From a virus: DNA of 64,000 bases. Numbering within the stretch: position 1 is the stretch's first letter; each line of letters begins with the position of its first letter. Shown piece by piece: positions 49,243 through 58,816 of the stretch. The notes under the pieces were generated by a model. The model did no database searches. It had not been told where the DNA came from and saw only the letters and a program-made list of their open reading frames with translations. Both the position numbers and the translations under genes were made by a program. The stretch covers positions 32,001 to 96,000 of the IMG/VR virus record IMGVR_UViG_3300027833_000015; one strand, given 5' to 3'.

Positions 49243-50616
49243 TTAAGGTGCGTTTTGGACACCAAAGAATGGTTGGTCGTATCCAAACCATTGTCGGTGG
49301 TATAGACTGCGCTTTAGCACTCCATTAAAGTATTTTGGTTTTGGTGCTGGTCTGTTAAAAAATGACTGAGAACTATTCGACTGCAACTTTCCGTCCCAAG
49401 GTTCTTTTGCAATGTTTCCCCTCTTGTAATCAACCCGACCAAGTCTTACTTCTCTTCTTCCCGTATATACTTCGCGCTGGCCAGCGACTTTTCCTCGGAC
49501 GGTATAATCAACAAACTCATAAGCGTTCGGGTCATCTTTATCTATCGACTGCATAGTTGCATATGCGATGTTGAGATGGTAAGAACCACCTGCGTCAAGG
49601 AGAGGTATCTCAGGTGTGGTCCGTCCCTCAGCGGATTCATCAAAGATTTCTTTTGACGTTGTATAGTCTAAAAAGAATCCTCTTACCGCAGGTGCCGTAA
49701 CAACACCATCAATTGCTTCCATTCCAGGATCTCGCGAGAACCAGAGGACTGCCTGTTCTGTTATAACCCCTGTTGGTACGATGAACTGCATCGTGGCGAA
49801 ATAGTCTGTATAGTTCGGCATTGTTATAGGCATCGAAAGAACCTGATCTGGTCGCACAAAGATAAAGTCTATCTCGTTGGGGATTCCCGCCCAAGTTGGC
49901 GTGTCGAAGTATGATGGCGAGTATCCATTAGCAGGATGAAAGCACATACCAAGCGAGGGAACAGCACTACTTCCAAAACCGCAAGTAGGGTTGGGGAATT
50001 TACCATTAACCGAACCAGGATATGCAGACGGGAGGATTAGTGCATCGTCTATGACAATGGGAGTGTCATTCCATTCTGGAGGGTACTGAAATTGTGGTGT
50101 ACTCGAATACACTGGTGGTGGGTTGGGCACTTCAGGCGTAGGTGCTGGTGCGGGGATTATGCTGCCCGATCCAGAGGTAGCGATATTTGGAGTGGTCTCG
50201 ATAGTGAGCATAAGTTCTGGTACACCGACTTCGTCGTCAAACTTCTCGATGTTGATGAAGTAGTCTGTTGATGTATTCAACTTTGCAACGCGAGTGTCGA
50301 CAGCACTTTCACCGCCTTGATCATAATCTATAACAAAGTATCCTGAACGATTCTGCACCAGAGAATTGCCAGATATTGGTGGGTCTCCTGGATTATCTTT
50401 AGATATCCATGCATTATAACTTGGCGCAATACCAGCACCCAAATGAGCATGAATGATCTCGCCTACATCGCCATCAAATGGAGTGGTAGAGAACTTCACA
50501 CTACGAATCTTGTCTGTCGGTACTGTGATCTTCTCTTGATAATCAGTACCAATACCGAGGGTTGCTGAGTCGAGCGCGCCCGCATATAAGACTGTGTCTG
50601 GGATAATGAATGTCAT
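49243..50616 (-). CDS. Hypothetical protein with two related beta domains and a Pro-rich linker
   Basis: 457 aa; coupled to neighbours; internal similarity visible by eye. Confidence 0.75.
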   Translation of the reverse strand: MTFIIPDTVLYAGALDSATLGIGTDYQEKITVPTDKIRSVKFSTTPFDGDVGEIIHAHLGAGIAPSYNAWISKDNPGDPPISGNSLVQNRSGYFVIDYDQGGESAVDTRVAKLNTSTDYFINIEKFDDEVGVPELMLTIETTPNIATSGSGSIIPAPAPTPEVPNPPPVYSSTPQFQYPPEWNDTPIVIDDALILPSAYPGSVNGKFPNPTCGFGSSAVPSLGMCFHPANGYSPSYFDTPTWAGIPNEIDFIFVRPDQVLSMPITMPNYTDYFATMQFIVPTGVITEQAVLWFSRDPGMEAIDGVVTAPAVRGFFLDYTTSKEIFDESAEGRTTPEIPLLDAGGSYHLNIAYATMQSIDKDDPNAYEFVDYTVRGKVAGQREVYTGRREVRLGRVDYKRGNIAKEPWDGKLQSNSSQSFFNRPAPKPKYFNGVLKRSLYHRQWFGYDQPFFGVQNAP

Positions 50617-51542
50617 AATTTTTTATCGTACGTGGGATCTGTAGACAATGGGGAAATATATTCCATGATCCTTTTCTTATCAGATGAAGACACTTGCATA
50701 CGATTCTTTGGTGCCCAGTTTCCTCTGCGCTTGGCGACTTGCGGTATGCCCCCGACGCCATCGCTATTATTAAACGTTTGGTCCAGCATGGTAGAAATGC
50801 TTTCAGGTTGTGCAGAGTTGATGACAATGAGGGGGAAGTTGTGTCTCTCATTGTCTACATCGTAGACTTGCGAGTCATTGAATGTTGCAGTGACACCACT
50901 GTATGCTCGGGGACGAGTTACCGAATATGTACCATTGCCGTTATGCGTGCGGGGTGCAATTCCACCCACTGATGACATTATGTTATGATACCCGATCCTG
51001 CCTTCATCCTGAGCAAACGTTCTCCTTTCTATCCATCCCCACAAGAACCCTGGTGCTGGAGGCAGATTTTGAGGGTCATAGGTTTCGCCTTCTTCCAGTT
51101 TCGGAAGTTCGATAATTAGTTCCCGCTCCACCCGAGCATAATATGGTCCAGGATATACATTCGGACGTTCGTCATATATCTGATCTTCACCATTTTCGTC
51201 GCAGTTACGGAAACAACTGTTTTTTATGGTTGCCTGTCTTGTCGGTAGTTGCATCTCACCGTTAATGAATAATATCCCAGTACCATATGTAATGTGATCG
51301 ATCTCTGTAACTTCTTCTGTGACTGCAATCCAACCGTCTTGACGACCTTGCTTGCTCGCGGAACCATTGAGTCTTCCAAACCGTTCGAAGTCTCTGTTCG
51401 AGTATCTACCGATAATTGACATGTTGGCAAGGAACCATGAGCGTATTGCACCTGCTGCGTTGGCGGTCAGATCCTTTACATCAAGTTGTTCATATAGGTT
51501 TGATACAAAAGTATTTACCTCATCTAATCTAACTTTAAGCAT
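50613..51542 (-). CDS. Hypothetical protein, 309 aa
   Basis: TAATG and ATGA coupling to both neighbours. Confidence 0.75.
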   Translation of the reverse strand: MLKVRLDEVNTFVSNLYEQLDVKDLTANAAGAIRSWFLANMSIIGRYSNRDFERFGRLNGSASKQGRQDGWIAVTEEVTEIDHITYGTGILFINGEMQLPTRQATIKNSCFRNCDENGEDQIYDERPNVYPGPYYARVERELIIELPKLEEGETYDPQNLPPAPGFLWGWIERRTFAQDEGRIGYHNIMSSVGGIAPRTHNGNGTYSVTRPRAYSGVTATFNDSQVYDVDNERHNFPLIVINSAQPESISTMLDQTFNNSDGVGGIPQVAKRRGNWAPKNRMQVSSSDKKRIMEYISPLSTDPTYDKKL

Positions 51543-52414
51543 TATCTTCCTCCGATCGTATCGCGGTATTGGTGCGCCAAAGCAATGGCGTCTGCTATGT
51601 TGACGGGTGTTAATGGGTGTAGATAGTATTTAGCGAGATACAAAACATGCTGGTCCATATCCCGAGTTCGTATCATTTTAGAATATGCTATTGACCGACT
51701 CGTCTTCAATTCATGCAAGACATACATCAACTGCCCTTGGTAGTCGGTAGTTTGACGAGAAGGAGAAAGTCTTTGTATGTATGAAACAAAGCGAGCATAG
51801 CGAGATGAGTCGGTGGGATATCCAACAATACCAAAACCGTTGCTCTCATTGTATTGGTCTAGTCCAGTGGCAGCATACAGCACAGCAGTAATGGAACATG
51901 CCTCGTATGATGTCATTCCGTTGTCTATAAAGAATCGTACCACACCAGCGGGATCTGAACCTAATGGTGCACCTACAGTTCCTGGGTTGTTGATATAGAA
52001 GACTGGGTCTTGCATCTGCGAGTTAGACTGCACGAAGTCGTACGCGAATGAATTAGTTGAGATATCTTGTCTTTGTGCTGCTTGTACACTTGTCGGATAT
52101 TCTACCCTCGGCAAAGAACCAAGTACCATAGGCAACTGTGAGTGTGTTCCATCAAGGAACATGCCAAAGACAAGAGTTGATGGTAATATCTGGCAGTGTG
52201 TACCGAACCCAGAACCACCAAATGTATCACTCGGTGTCATGACCTGCGCCCATGGTAGATCTTTTTGCGGGATGTCGTTCGTGTCGCCTGAGTGTATGCC
52301 GTGGATACGAACTTGCACTCGACCTTCCAGACCATATGGTGGAGAATTATCTATTACAGTTGCAACAAACCATCGGAAGTCGTCACCGTAATATTCTTTA
52401 TTCAAGATGCTCAT
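51542..52414 (-). CDS. gp5: gp5 N-terminal OB-fold plus degenerate phage-tail-lysozyme domain
   Basis: FRWFVATV, GRVQVRIHGIH, DLPWAQV, VFGMFLDG..SQLPMVLGSLP; C-terminal QLMYVLHEL. Confidence 0.85.
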   Translation of the reverse strand: MSILNKEYYGDDFRWFVATVIDNSPPYGLEGRVQVRIHGIHSGDTNDIPQKDLPWAQVMTPSDTFGGSGFGTHCQILPSTLVFGMFLDGTHSQLPMVLGSLPRVEYPTSVQAAQRQDISTNSFAYDFVQSNSQMQDPVFYINNPGTVGAPLGSDPAGVVRFFIDNGMTSYEACSITAVLYAATGLDQYNESNGFGIVGYPTDSSRYARFVSYIQRLSPSRQTTDYQGQLMYVLHELKTSRSIAYSKMIRTRDMDQHVLYLAKYYLHPLTPVNIADAIALAHQYRDTIGGR

Positions 52415-53790
52415 ACTAGGCGTGGACCCCTTGATGCGAATTTAGAAATAGTCACGACAATTTCGTGTGTGGTGCCTTTGAATATATTTCTACATCTATG
52501 TATCAAATACTTCCCCGACAGTTCTTCATTAAAAGCATCGGGAGAGTCTTCGTCTGTATTAGAATTCAAGAAGTCGATCATAACTGTATCGCCCACAGAG
52601 ACACCAGAGTTACCATCGCGCAGTGCCTGCATGAAAGCAATTCCTGGTATTACTATATCAAACATATTCTTGTTTAGCATACTTTTGACAGCGGGTCCAC
52701 GAAGTTTGTTTACATTGTCAGACGCATCCTGCGTGTCGTGATAACTATTCACGGAACCATATGTACCATAGGATGTTATCGTGCAGTATTCACGAGAGTT
52801 CAATTCATGCATGGACTTTTCTTTGCCACCAACTCTTAGTTTATTGTCTTCGTCATAGATGTTTTGGTTCGCGCCAAACGGAACCACTCGCATTTTCTCC
52901 AATCTCGAAAGGTGTTCTTTGATGGAGTAATGTTTCCTATCCACATCACTTGTGTATGTGTCGACAGTTTTTATAGAAGAACCGATAGAACCTTCGTACA
53001 CCATCTTCAGCGTGTCTTGTATATTCTCAACCTTGATGCCCTTGACTGTGACCCCCTGTTCCGACAGGTTGCTCCCCCCTACATCTGCTGCTGCTGCTGC
53101 GGAGTAGATGAGAGGGACATCTTCATTGTAGGTTGGCGCGTTCATCATTTGCTCAAGGTTGCCAAAACGAACAGTGTCTCTGCCATCTACTTGGTCGTAG
53201 ATAGTTTGCCAAGTATAGAACGGGGAACCAATCAAAGTTGTGGCGCGATCGAGCAACCACTCAACTGTCTCGAGAGGAGTGAGGTATGGGATAAGAACCT
53301 TCACTGGACCTTGTAGGGAAGACCACCCACCTGTATATGATATATCAACGTCAACGTCAAGATGGTTCTTCAACACTGCCTCGGCAGTCAGTTCGAGTTT
53401 TCCTGTATACGATCGAGATACCCTTATGTTGGGATCGCGATATGCGTGAGGAGAGATAAGGTTGATGTGATATATTTCTGTTCGGTCAGTCACCTTGTTC
53501 GTCAGTATAATTGAAACGAGATTGAGTACGATAGTGAAACTCAAATTACCAACAGACTCATCAGCAGACTCAATAGTGAACCGAATCTGTTCTGTGCCGA
53601 GAGGTTTTATCTCATCAAAGACTCCAATGTCATCCATGCAAACGAGTTGCGCGGTCACATAAGGTCGCTCGATGTCTTCAAAGAAGGACAACTCACCGAT
53701 GTAGTTGGTGATATTATATTCTTTATCGAGTCTGTCAGCAAATATCACTGCTTCGGTGATCTTATACTCTTGTGCTCGCTGCAACGCCAT
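52411..53790 (-). CDS. Baseplate hub protein, gp27-like
   Basis: FFEDIERPYVTA, VSRSYTG, IPGI...VGDTV, LSGKYLIHRCRNIF; lies between gp53 and gp5. Confidence 0.7.
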   Translation of the reverse strand: MALQRAQEYKITEAVIFADRLDKEYNITNYIGELSFFEDIERPYVTAQLVCMDDIGVFDEIKPLGTEQIRFTIESADESVGNLSFTIVLNLVSIILTNKVTDRTEIYHINLISPHAYRDPNIRVSRSYTGKLELTAEAVLKNHLDVDVDISYTGGWSSLQGPVKVLIPYLTPLETVEWLLDRATTLIGSPFYTWQTIYDQVDGRDTVRFGNLEQMMNAPTYNEDVPLIYSAAAAADVGGSNLSEQGVTVKGIKVENIQDTLKMVYEGSIGSSIKTVDTYTSDVDRKHYSIKEHLSRLEKMRVVPFGANQNIYDEDNKLRVGGKEKSMHELNSREYCTITSYGTYGSVNSYHDTQDASDNVNKLRGPAVKSMLNKNMFDIVIPGIAFMQALRDGNSGVSVGDTVMIDFLNSNTDEDSPDAFNEELSGKYLIHRCRNIFKGTTHEIVVTISKFASRGPRLV

Positions 53791-54659
53791 TACAATCTCT
53801 GCTTCAATAGCATGTTGAATTCAGAGATAACAGTGAGTACTGTTTCGGGACGAAGAATCGAGATGGTACGTTTTTCGTCATTGAGATCTTGGAGTCTCTG
53901 GAGGTATGATATAGACTGCATGGTGCTCACTGAAGTCCAGTCGAACGCATACGGTGCTGTTGCAGAGAATGATGGAAACACCCAATCTTTTTTGGAATCT
54001 TCATAGTGGTGTATTGCATCATGACCAGCGTATGATTTCTCTATTGAAGTTGTCTCGATAACCTGTGGTTCGAACGTGGGGTTTGCTGTTAATTGATCAG
54101 CGATATATGTTGAGGCATCAGCAGCAGAGATAACATGCAATGCGTCTCCCCGTCCGAGTGGAGCGCAACCAGTACAATCCAACCATAAAGTTGCGAGGTT
54201 ATCATCTATTCGAATTATCTGAGCAGCAAATTTTGTTTCTGGGGCATACACCCAAGACCCCACTAGAAAATTGTCCGAGGAGCAAAGCGGTGCCTCAGAG
54301 ACACCCCCAAACTGTTGTATTATACTAATACCGTTGGTGCTCAACGCCATGTTCGGGTAATACTCTATTGAGCGTTCATAAACTTCCCAGTCAGCAAGTG
54401 GCCAACCGTTCGTTCTTAGATGTTCGTTGTTGAGGAACAATGTCCAATAGTAGTCGGTTGTACCATAAACCTCGTACGAGAGTTGGTCTGGTCGCTGGTT
54501 GCTCTTGATATAATACGACTGATAATATATGTGCTCCTCGCGGAGTTGGTCGAATGTATCAATGAACACCGATAAGTTTTGGAAAGAAACAGGTGCTTCA
54601 TGATCTCCAAAATTATAATCGACGGTGGGAAACTTTTCAAAAAACTTAGTACCTGACAT
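53790..54659 (-). CDS. gp53: Baseplate wedge gp53
   Basis: FFEKFPTVDY, RPDQLSYEVYGTTDYYWT (LysM-like), GWPL, IHHYED, NDEKRTISILRPE. Confidence 0.9.
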   Translation of the reverse strand: MSGTKFFEKFPTVDYNFGDHEAPVSFQNLSVFIDTFDQLREEHIYYQSYYIKSNQRPDQLSYEVYGTTDYYWTLFLNNEHLRTNGWPLADWEVYERSIEYYPNMALSTNGISIIQQFGGVSEAPLCSSDNFLVGSWVYAPETKFAAQIIRIDDNLATLWLDCTGCAPLGRGDALHVISAADASTYIADQLTANPTFEPQVIETTSIEKSYAGHDAIHHYEDSKKDWVFPSFSATAPYAFDWTSVSTMQSISYLQRLQDLNDEKRTISILRPETVLTVISEFNMLLKQRL

Positions 54660-55423
54660 TAGAATCCGAATCCTATATCTTTTCTGCTTAGTGGTTTAGA
54701 CTCCATAAAGGTCATGGCGATGTCTATCTCTGCGAAATATGGTTTGCCGTTCTTTCCGCGCAGGAATGTTTGATTCGCTGAGTTGTAACTTGTCGTGAAC
54801 GAATCCAGATATGCGGGTGCTATCTTTTGTGCTGGGAGTTCTTTGTTGCCATAGAATTGCTGTATAAAGAACCTGTCTGGAAAGTTATAACCAGCACTGG
54901 CGTTGATGCCGAGACCCTGTGCTTGTATCATAGAAGGATACAACTCAGTCCTGAAAACTTTGATTATCCGTCCAATCATTTCTGCTTCTGCTTCAGACAC
55001 AGGTTGTAATTTGAATTGGAAAGAGAATGAGCGCAGATTGACCTGCTTAAATAATGCGCGAGTGTTTGGGTTTGGTGCCACCTTGTTTCTTGCCCTTGCT
55101 ACCTCTGCTGCTCCTGGAGAGAAAGTCTTCGTGATACCGTTGACAAGCAGTCCCTGAATACCTTTGTCGGCAAGTTGCTCGGAAGGTATACTGAAATCAG
55201 GGGCAGCATTTCCGTCAGCAATTGCACCACCTACTGCACCGAGTTCAGCGTTCTCATATTCTACCTTGTCGGCATACTGGACGCCTTGAGGGAGGAACAA
55301 GTGTATTGTGTTACCTTTAAACTTCGCATTGTCAGTATCACTACGCTCAAGTGAGTCAACCAATGAGAATCGGATTTCTCCTTTATACGACTCAGCGTCG
55401 AGGGGGAACCTTAATTCTGCCAT
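54659..55423 (-). CDS. gp48: Baseplate tail-tube cap gp48
   Basis: LRFPLD, IHLFLP, NPNTRALFKQVNLRSFSFQFKLQPVSEAEA, MTFME. Confidence 0.85.
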   Translation of the reverse strand: MAELRFPLDAESYKGEIRFSLVDSLERSDTDNAKFKGNTIHLFLPQGVQYADKVEYENAELGAVGGAIADGNAAPDFSIPSEQLADKGIQGLLVNGITKTFSPGAAEVARARNKVAPNPNTRALFKQVNLRSFSFQFKLQPVSEAEAEMIGRIIKVFRTELYPSMIQAQGLGINASAGYNFPDRFFIQQFYGNKELPAQKIAPAYLDSFTTSYNSANQTFLRGKNGKPYFAEIDIAMTFMESKPLSRKDIGFGF

Positions 55424-55432
55424 CTTCTTCTG

Positions 55433-55464
55433 CCTAAATAGGTTTATCTTTCAATCTATTTATA
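55433..55464. promoter_or_regulatory. Face-to-face late promoters for gp4 (+) and the gp48 operon (-)
   Basis: CCTAAATA on + (55433-55440) and TATAAATA on - (55457-55464). Confidence 0.65.
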
Positions 55465-55468
55465 CACC

Positions 55469-55978
55469 ATGAACAAGACTTATAAAGGCAAATACAAAGT
55501 CAAGAACCCAAAGAAGTATAAAGGGGACGTGAACAACGTTGTCTATAGAAGTGGTTGGGAACGTGATGTGATGGTATACCTTGACGACCACACTGGTGTT
55601 GCTGAGTGGAACAGTGAAGATTTTATAATAAGATACTTCTATGAAGTTGATAAGAAGAACCACAACTACCACATGGACTTCTGGATAAAGTTCACCAACG
55701 GAACTATCCTACTTGTTGAAGTCAAACCCAAACGTCAGACAGAACCACCCAAGTCTAAGAACCCTCGGTCAAAGAGGGGACTCACAGAAGCGTTCGCGTA
55801 CATAAAGAACCGCAACAAGTGGGATGCAGCAGAGAAGGTTGCCAAGGATAATGGTTATGGTTTTGTTATCTGGACAGAAGTCGAGTTGACAGAAATGGGC
55901 ATCCTCAAGAAAACTCCTGGCACCATCAAGAAACTGAAACCGATGGCACCTTACCGCAAGAAGAAGAAAAAGACTTAA
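55469..55978 (+). CDS. gp4: Head completion nuclease gp4
   Basis: YKGKYKVKNPKKYKGD, YRSGWE, WNSE, YHMDF, LVEVKPKRQT, NRNKWDAA; the only plus-strand gene. Confidence 0.93.
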   Translation: MNKTYKGKYKVKNPKKYKGDVNNVVYRSGWERDVMVYLDDHTGVAEWNSEDFIIRYFYEVDKKNHNYHMDFWIKFTNGTILLVEVKPKRQTEPPKSKNPRSKRGLTEAFAYIKNRNKWDAAEKVAKDNGYGFVIWTEVELTEMGILKKTPGTIKKLKPMAPYRKKKKKT

Positions 55979-57834
55979 CCTCTTCGTCTCCTGTCGGTTC
56001 GATCGCTGGCATCCATAGCATTCGGCATAGCACCACGGTGAGTCGTGTTGCTCACATTCGTTGTGGTTGACGGTGCGTTGACCGCGACAGCAGCACCCCC
56101 TCCAGCACCTGCAAGATCAGACTTACCATCATTCATCTTTGTTGTGCTTTGCTGCATTTGAGCAGAGGCAGCAAGGGAAGTGCCAGAACCTGCCATGGAA
56201 GGTCTAACTGTCTCCACTTCCTGTCCATATGTATCAGCAAACATAGATGCCTTTTCAAAATCATCGAATGTCTCAACTTGTCCAGACATAGGGTCAAACA
56301 CCCTGAACGTAGATCCTTCACTACCTGCTGGTGCTTTGATCGAACCTGACATTGGGAGACCAGTTACAGGGTCGCGTTGCATGGCAGTAGCGACAGTTGC
56401 CGTCTTCGAAGACGGTTCGCTAATACCCATCTCTGCTTGGATCTGAGCGAGTTCTTCGGGTGGGATTGATGCCAAAAATGCATCGCTTTTTGCCTTTGAT
56501 GCTGCTGCATTCACTTTTGCTTGTGCTGCCTCATCTGGTGTCATTTCAGGCGAGACCTGCTTTATTGCAGCAAGTAGTGAGTCATCACCAGACGGTGCCG
56601 ACCCTCCTGTCATTTGCCTCAACATGTCTTTGACCAACTTCATCTGGTCGTCAGAGAGGTCATCGTCGTTTACGATTGCCTGTAGTTGTTCTGGTGTGGC
56701 ACTCGCAAGCATGCTCTCATCTACCACTGAGTCAACGTTACCAGTAAGTCCTACTGTGTTCTTCTCATACAGACCAGAGTTTTTCGCTGCTCTCTCAGCA
56801 TCATTTTGTTGCCCTTGATCTAATTCTATCACAGGTGCTTCGGGTTCAGTCGATTCGGGAAATGATATACCCAAGAACTTTGCTGCGGTGGCACCGATGT
56901 CTATGATCCAATCGATGAATGCACCAATCCCGTCGAACATTGCTGCCATACCTTTCCGTGCAGGTTCAAAGTTTTCCCAGACTTTCATGACATATCCCCC
57001 TACCGTCTTTGCGATGTCGACGAAAACGTCTTGAATGTCACCCATAAGAGAGAAGAAGTCACTGACAATAGCAGACAAAGTATCAAAGATGGTGAATGAA
57101 TCGAGGAAATCACTGACGAAGTTTCCTTCACCAAGTATAGAAGTTGCAATGTAAGACAGTCCGTCTTTGAGGAAGTCGAGAGGCAATGTGACAACTTTCA
57201 AGATACCTTGAAAGAATCCCTCAATTCCTGCCATAAGTTTTTCGGCAAAGGATCCTTCGTTGGCGTTAAAATAATCGAATGCTTGCATCAACCCATATAC
57301 AACTGCACCAATTGCAACACCAACTGCCAGTATGACAGGGATGAGGGGAATTATTACTGCTGTCATGGTACCAAACGCTGCACCAAGTCCACCCATCATT
57401 GCCGAGATAGGGAGAAAACTATCGAGCAGTCCTTCAACACCATCTTCACCCGCACCCTCTTTGCCTTTGTTGAATTCAGAAAGAAACTTGCTGCCCTTCT
57501 TTTCATCTTCCCCTTCGGGGTCTTTGTTTCTCTTTTTCTTTTTGGCGGCAAGTGCATCTGCGTCCAGTTCAGCATCTGACATTTCGAGCGCAGTAGCGAT
57601 TTGATTTTGACTGGCAATTTCAATGGTAGCAGGTATCACATCTAAGAAAGTCAACAGGATTCCTTCGATACGCAGGAGGGTCTGTGACATGAGATCCATC
57701 GAGTTGCCGTTGACTTCCTCAAGACTCTCAAACGTGCCTTCGATACTCTCGAATTGCGCGTCCATCAAAGCAGGAAGGTTTTGATTGAACAAAACCAACT
57801 CCTTTGATACACCTTCCAATATACTGTCTGCCAT
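55975..57834 (-). CDS. Probable tape measure / baseplate hub protein, gp29-like
   Basis: About 619 aa helical protein with hydrophobic segments and a C-terminal VNAPSTTTNVSN motif; directly after gp51; TAATG coupling sets the start at 57834. Confidence 0.65.
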   Translation of the reverse strand: MADSILEGVSKELVLFNQNLPALMDAQFESIEGTFESLEEVNGNSMDLMSQTLLRIEGILLTFLDVIPATIEIASQNQIATALEMSDAELDADALAAKKKKRNKDPEGEDEKKGSKFLSEFNKGKEGAGEDGVEGLLDSFLPISAMMGGLGAAFGTMTAVIIPLIPVILAVGVAIGAVVYGLMQAFDYFNANEGSFAEKLMAGIEGFFQGILKVVTLPLDFLKDGLSYIATSILGEGNFVSDFLDSFTIFDTLSAIVSDFFSLMGDIQDVFVDIAKTVGGYVMKVWENFEPARKGMAAMFDGIGAFIDWIIDIGATAAKFLGISFPESTEPEAPVIELDQGQQNDAERAAKNSGLYEKNTVGLTGNVDSVVDESMLASATPEQLQAIVNDDDLSDDQMKLVKDMLRQMTGGSAPSGDDSLLAAIKQVSPEMTPDEAAQAKVNAAASKAKSDAFLASIPPEELAQIQAEMGISEPSSKTATVATAMQRDPVTGLPMSGSIKAPAGSEGSTFRVFDPMSGQVETFDDFEKASMFADTYGQEVETVRPSMAGSGTSLAASAQMQQSTTKMNDGKSDLAGAGGGAAVAVNAPSTTTNVSNTTHRGAMPNAMDASDRTDRRRRG

Positions 57835-58031
57835 TATCGTGCCGCCTTTCTCTGTTCCGCTTTCTCGTTTTCTTCTTTTATGTACTGAGTAAGCAACGCA
57901 ATGTAGATTGCCCTCTCCCACGGTAACATATTATCCAACTCCGTCAAACTATAATTATGGTGTTGCATCAAAGCGAAATTGGTCTTGTAATGGTTTACAA
58001 GGTTATCATGAGACAGGGTTATTAGAAAAAA
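57834..58031 (-). CDS. gp51: gp51 baseplate hub assembly reading frame, probably reached by -1 frameshift from gp26; first ATG at 57968
   Basis: FFLITLSHDNLVNHYKTNFALMQHHNYSLTELDNMLPWERAIYIALL...; not in the ORF track. Confidence 0.85.
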   Translation of the reverse strand, partial: FFLITLSHDNLVNHYKTNFALMQHHNYSLTELDNMLPWERAIYIALLTQYIKEENEKAEQRKAAR

Positions 58032-58771
58032 TCAGATAACCCTTTCAACTCTACAGCGTTTTTGCTTCCACATTTAGTACACTCGAATTCCGCATTGTGT
58101 TTCAATGCAGGCATATTTTCTAAAAAGTCTGTCATCACCTTTAACTGATTCGCTGTCATATTATCGACAAACGCGATCATGTCTTCTAAGGATTCGTTTT
58201 TCGAATCAATTCTTTCGTCCTGTGTCAGAACAGCACCGATACAACTCGCCAGCAGTTCAATTACATTGGTGGACTTTTTCTCTTCTGCTTGAGAGACGCC
58301 CTCGCGTATCATAGTCTCATACGTGGGATACTTCATCTCCACAGATATTTCTGGTGTTATAACGACAACATTACCACCATCAGCAGCAGAGACAGATAAC
58401 TGGTCGAGGTCTATCGTGTATTCATTTTGCTCACCACAAGTTGTTCGCTTTGGGTTTATACCATCAATCAATGAAGTGCACGAGATCATTATCGTGGATG
58501 TTTCCCCTACAGACTTTGACCGTAGTTGGGTAAACATAAACTCGATGTCGAACGTGGCGAGTTGCTCTACATTTAAGTTTGCCTTTGGATCCACGCATGC
58601 GTTCAGAGTATCTGCCATGGCAGACAAACACATATGCATATCCTTTGACTCAAACGCTTGTAGTAATATCTTCTCTTCTTTGACCAAGTATGGTCGGTAT
58701 TTGACACGCTGCCCAGTTGAGGGGATTGTCATATTAAAATTCAGCGTTTCGTTAATCTTGGGTAATGCCAT
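58022..58771 (-). CDS. gp26: Baseplate hub assembly chaperone gp26
   Basis: MALPKIN, IPSTG...YRPYLVKEEKILL, FDIEFMFTQLRSKSVGE, MKYP, CTKC, GLSDFF. Confidence 0.9.
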   Translation of the reverse strand: MALPKINETLNFNMTIPSTGQRVKYRPYLVKEEKILLQAFESKDMHMCLSAMADTLNACVDPKANLNVEQLATFDIEFMFTQLRSKSVGETSTIMISCTSLIDGINPKRTTCGEQNEYTIDLDQLSVSAADGGNVVVITPEISVEMKYPTYETMIREGVSQAEEKKSTNVIELLASCIGAVLTQDERIDSKNESLEDMIAFVDNMTANQLKVMTDFLENMPALKHNAEFECTKCGSKNAVELKGLSDFF

Positions 58772-58816
58772 TATATTAAACTCCAGTTCAATTGTGTAAT
58801 AAAGTATGTATGTATA

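Noticed and set aside
55469-55978. Lone plus-strand nuclease as a homing endonuclease or TnsA-like mobile gene
   Set aside because: Sequence and position match the core head-completion gene gp4.
57835-57921. Track start of the 648-aa ORF at 57921
   Set aside because: The extension overlaps the gp51 frame; TAATG coupling favours the ATG at 57834. Track starts at 31908, 49286, 61414 and 62188 were shortened on similar grounds.
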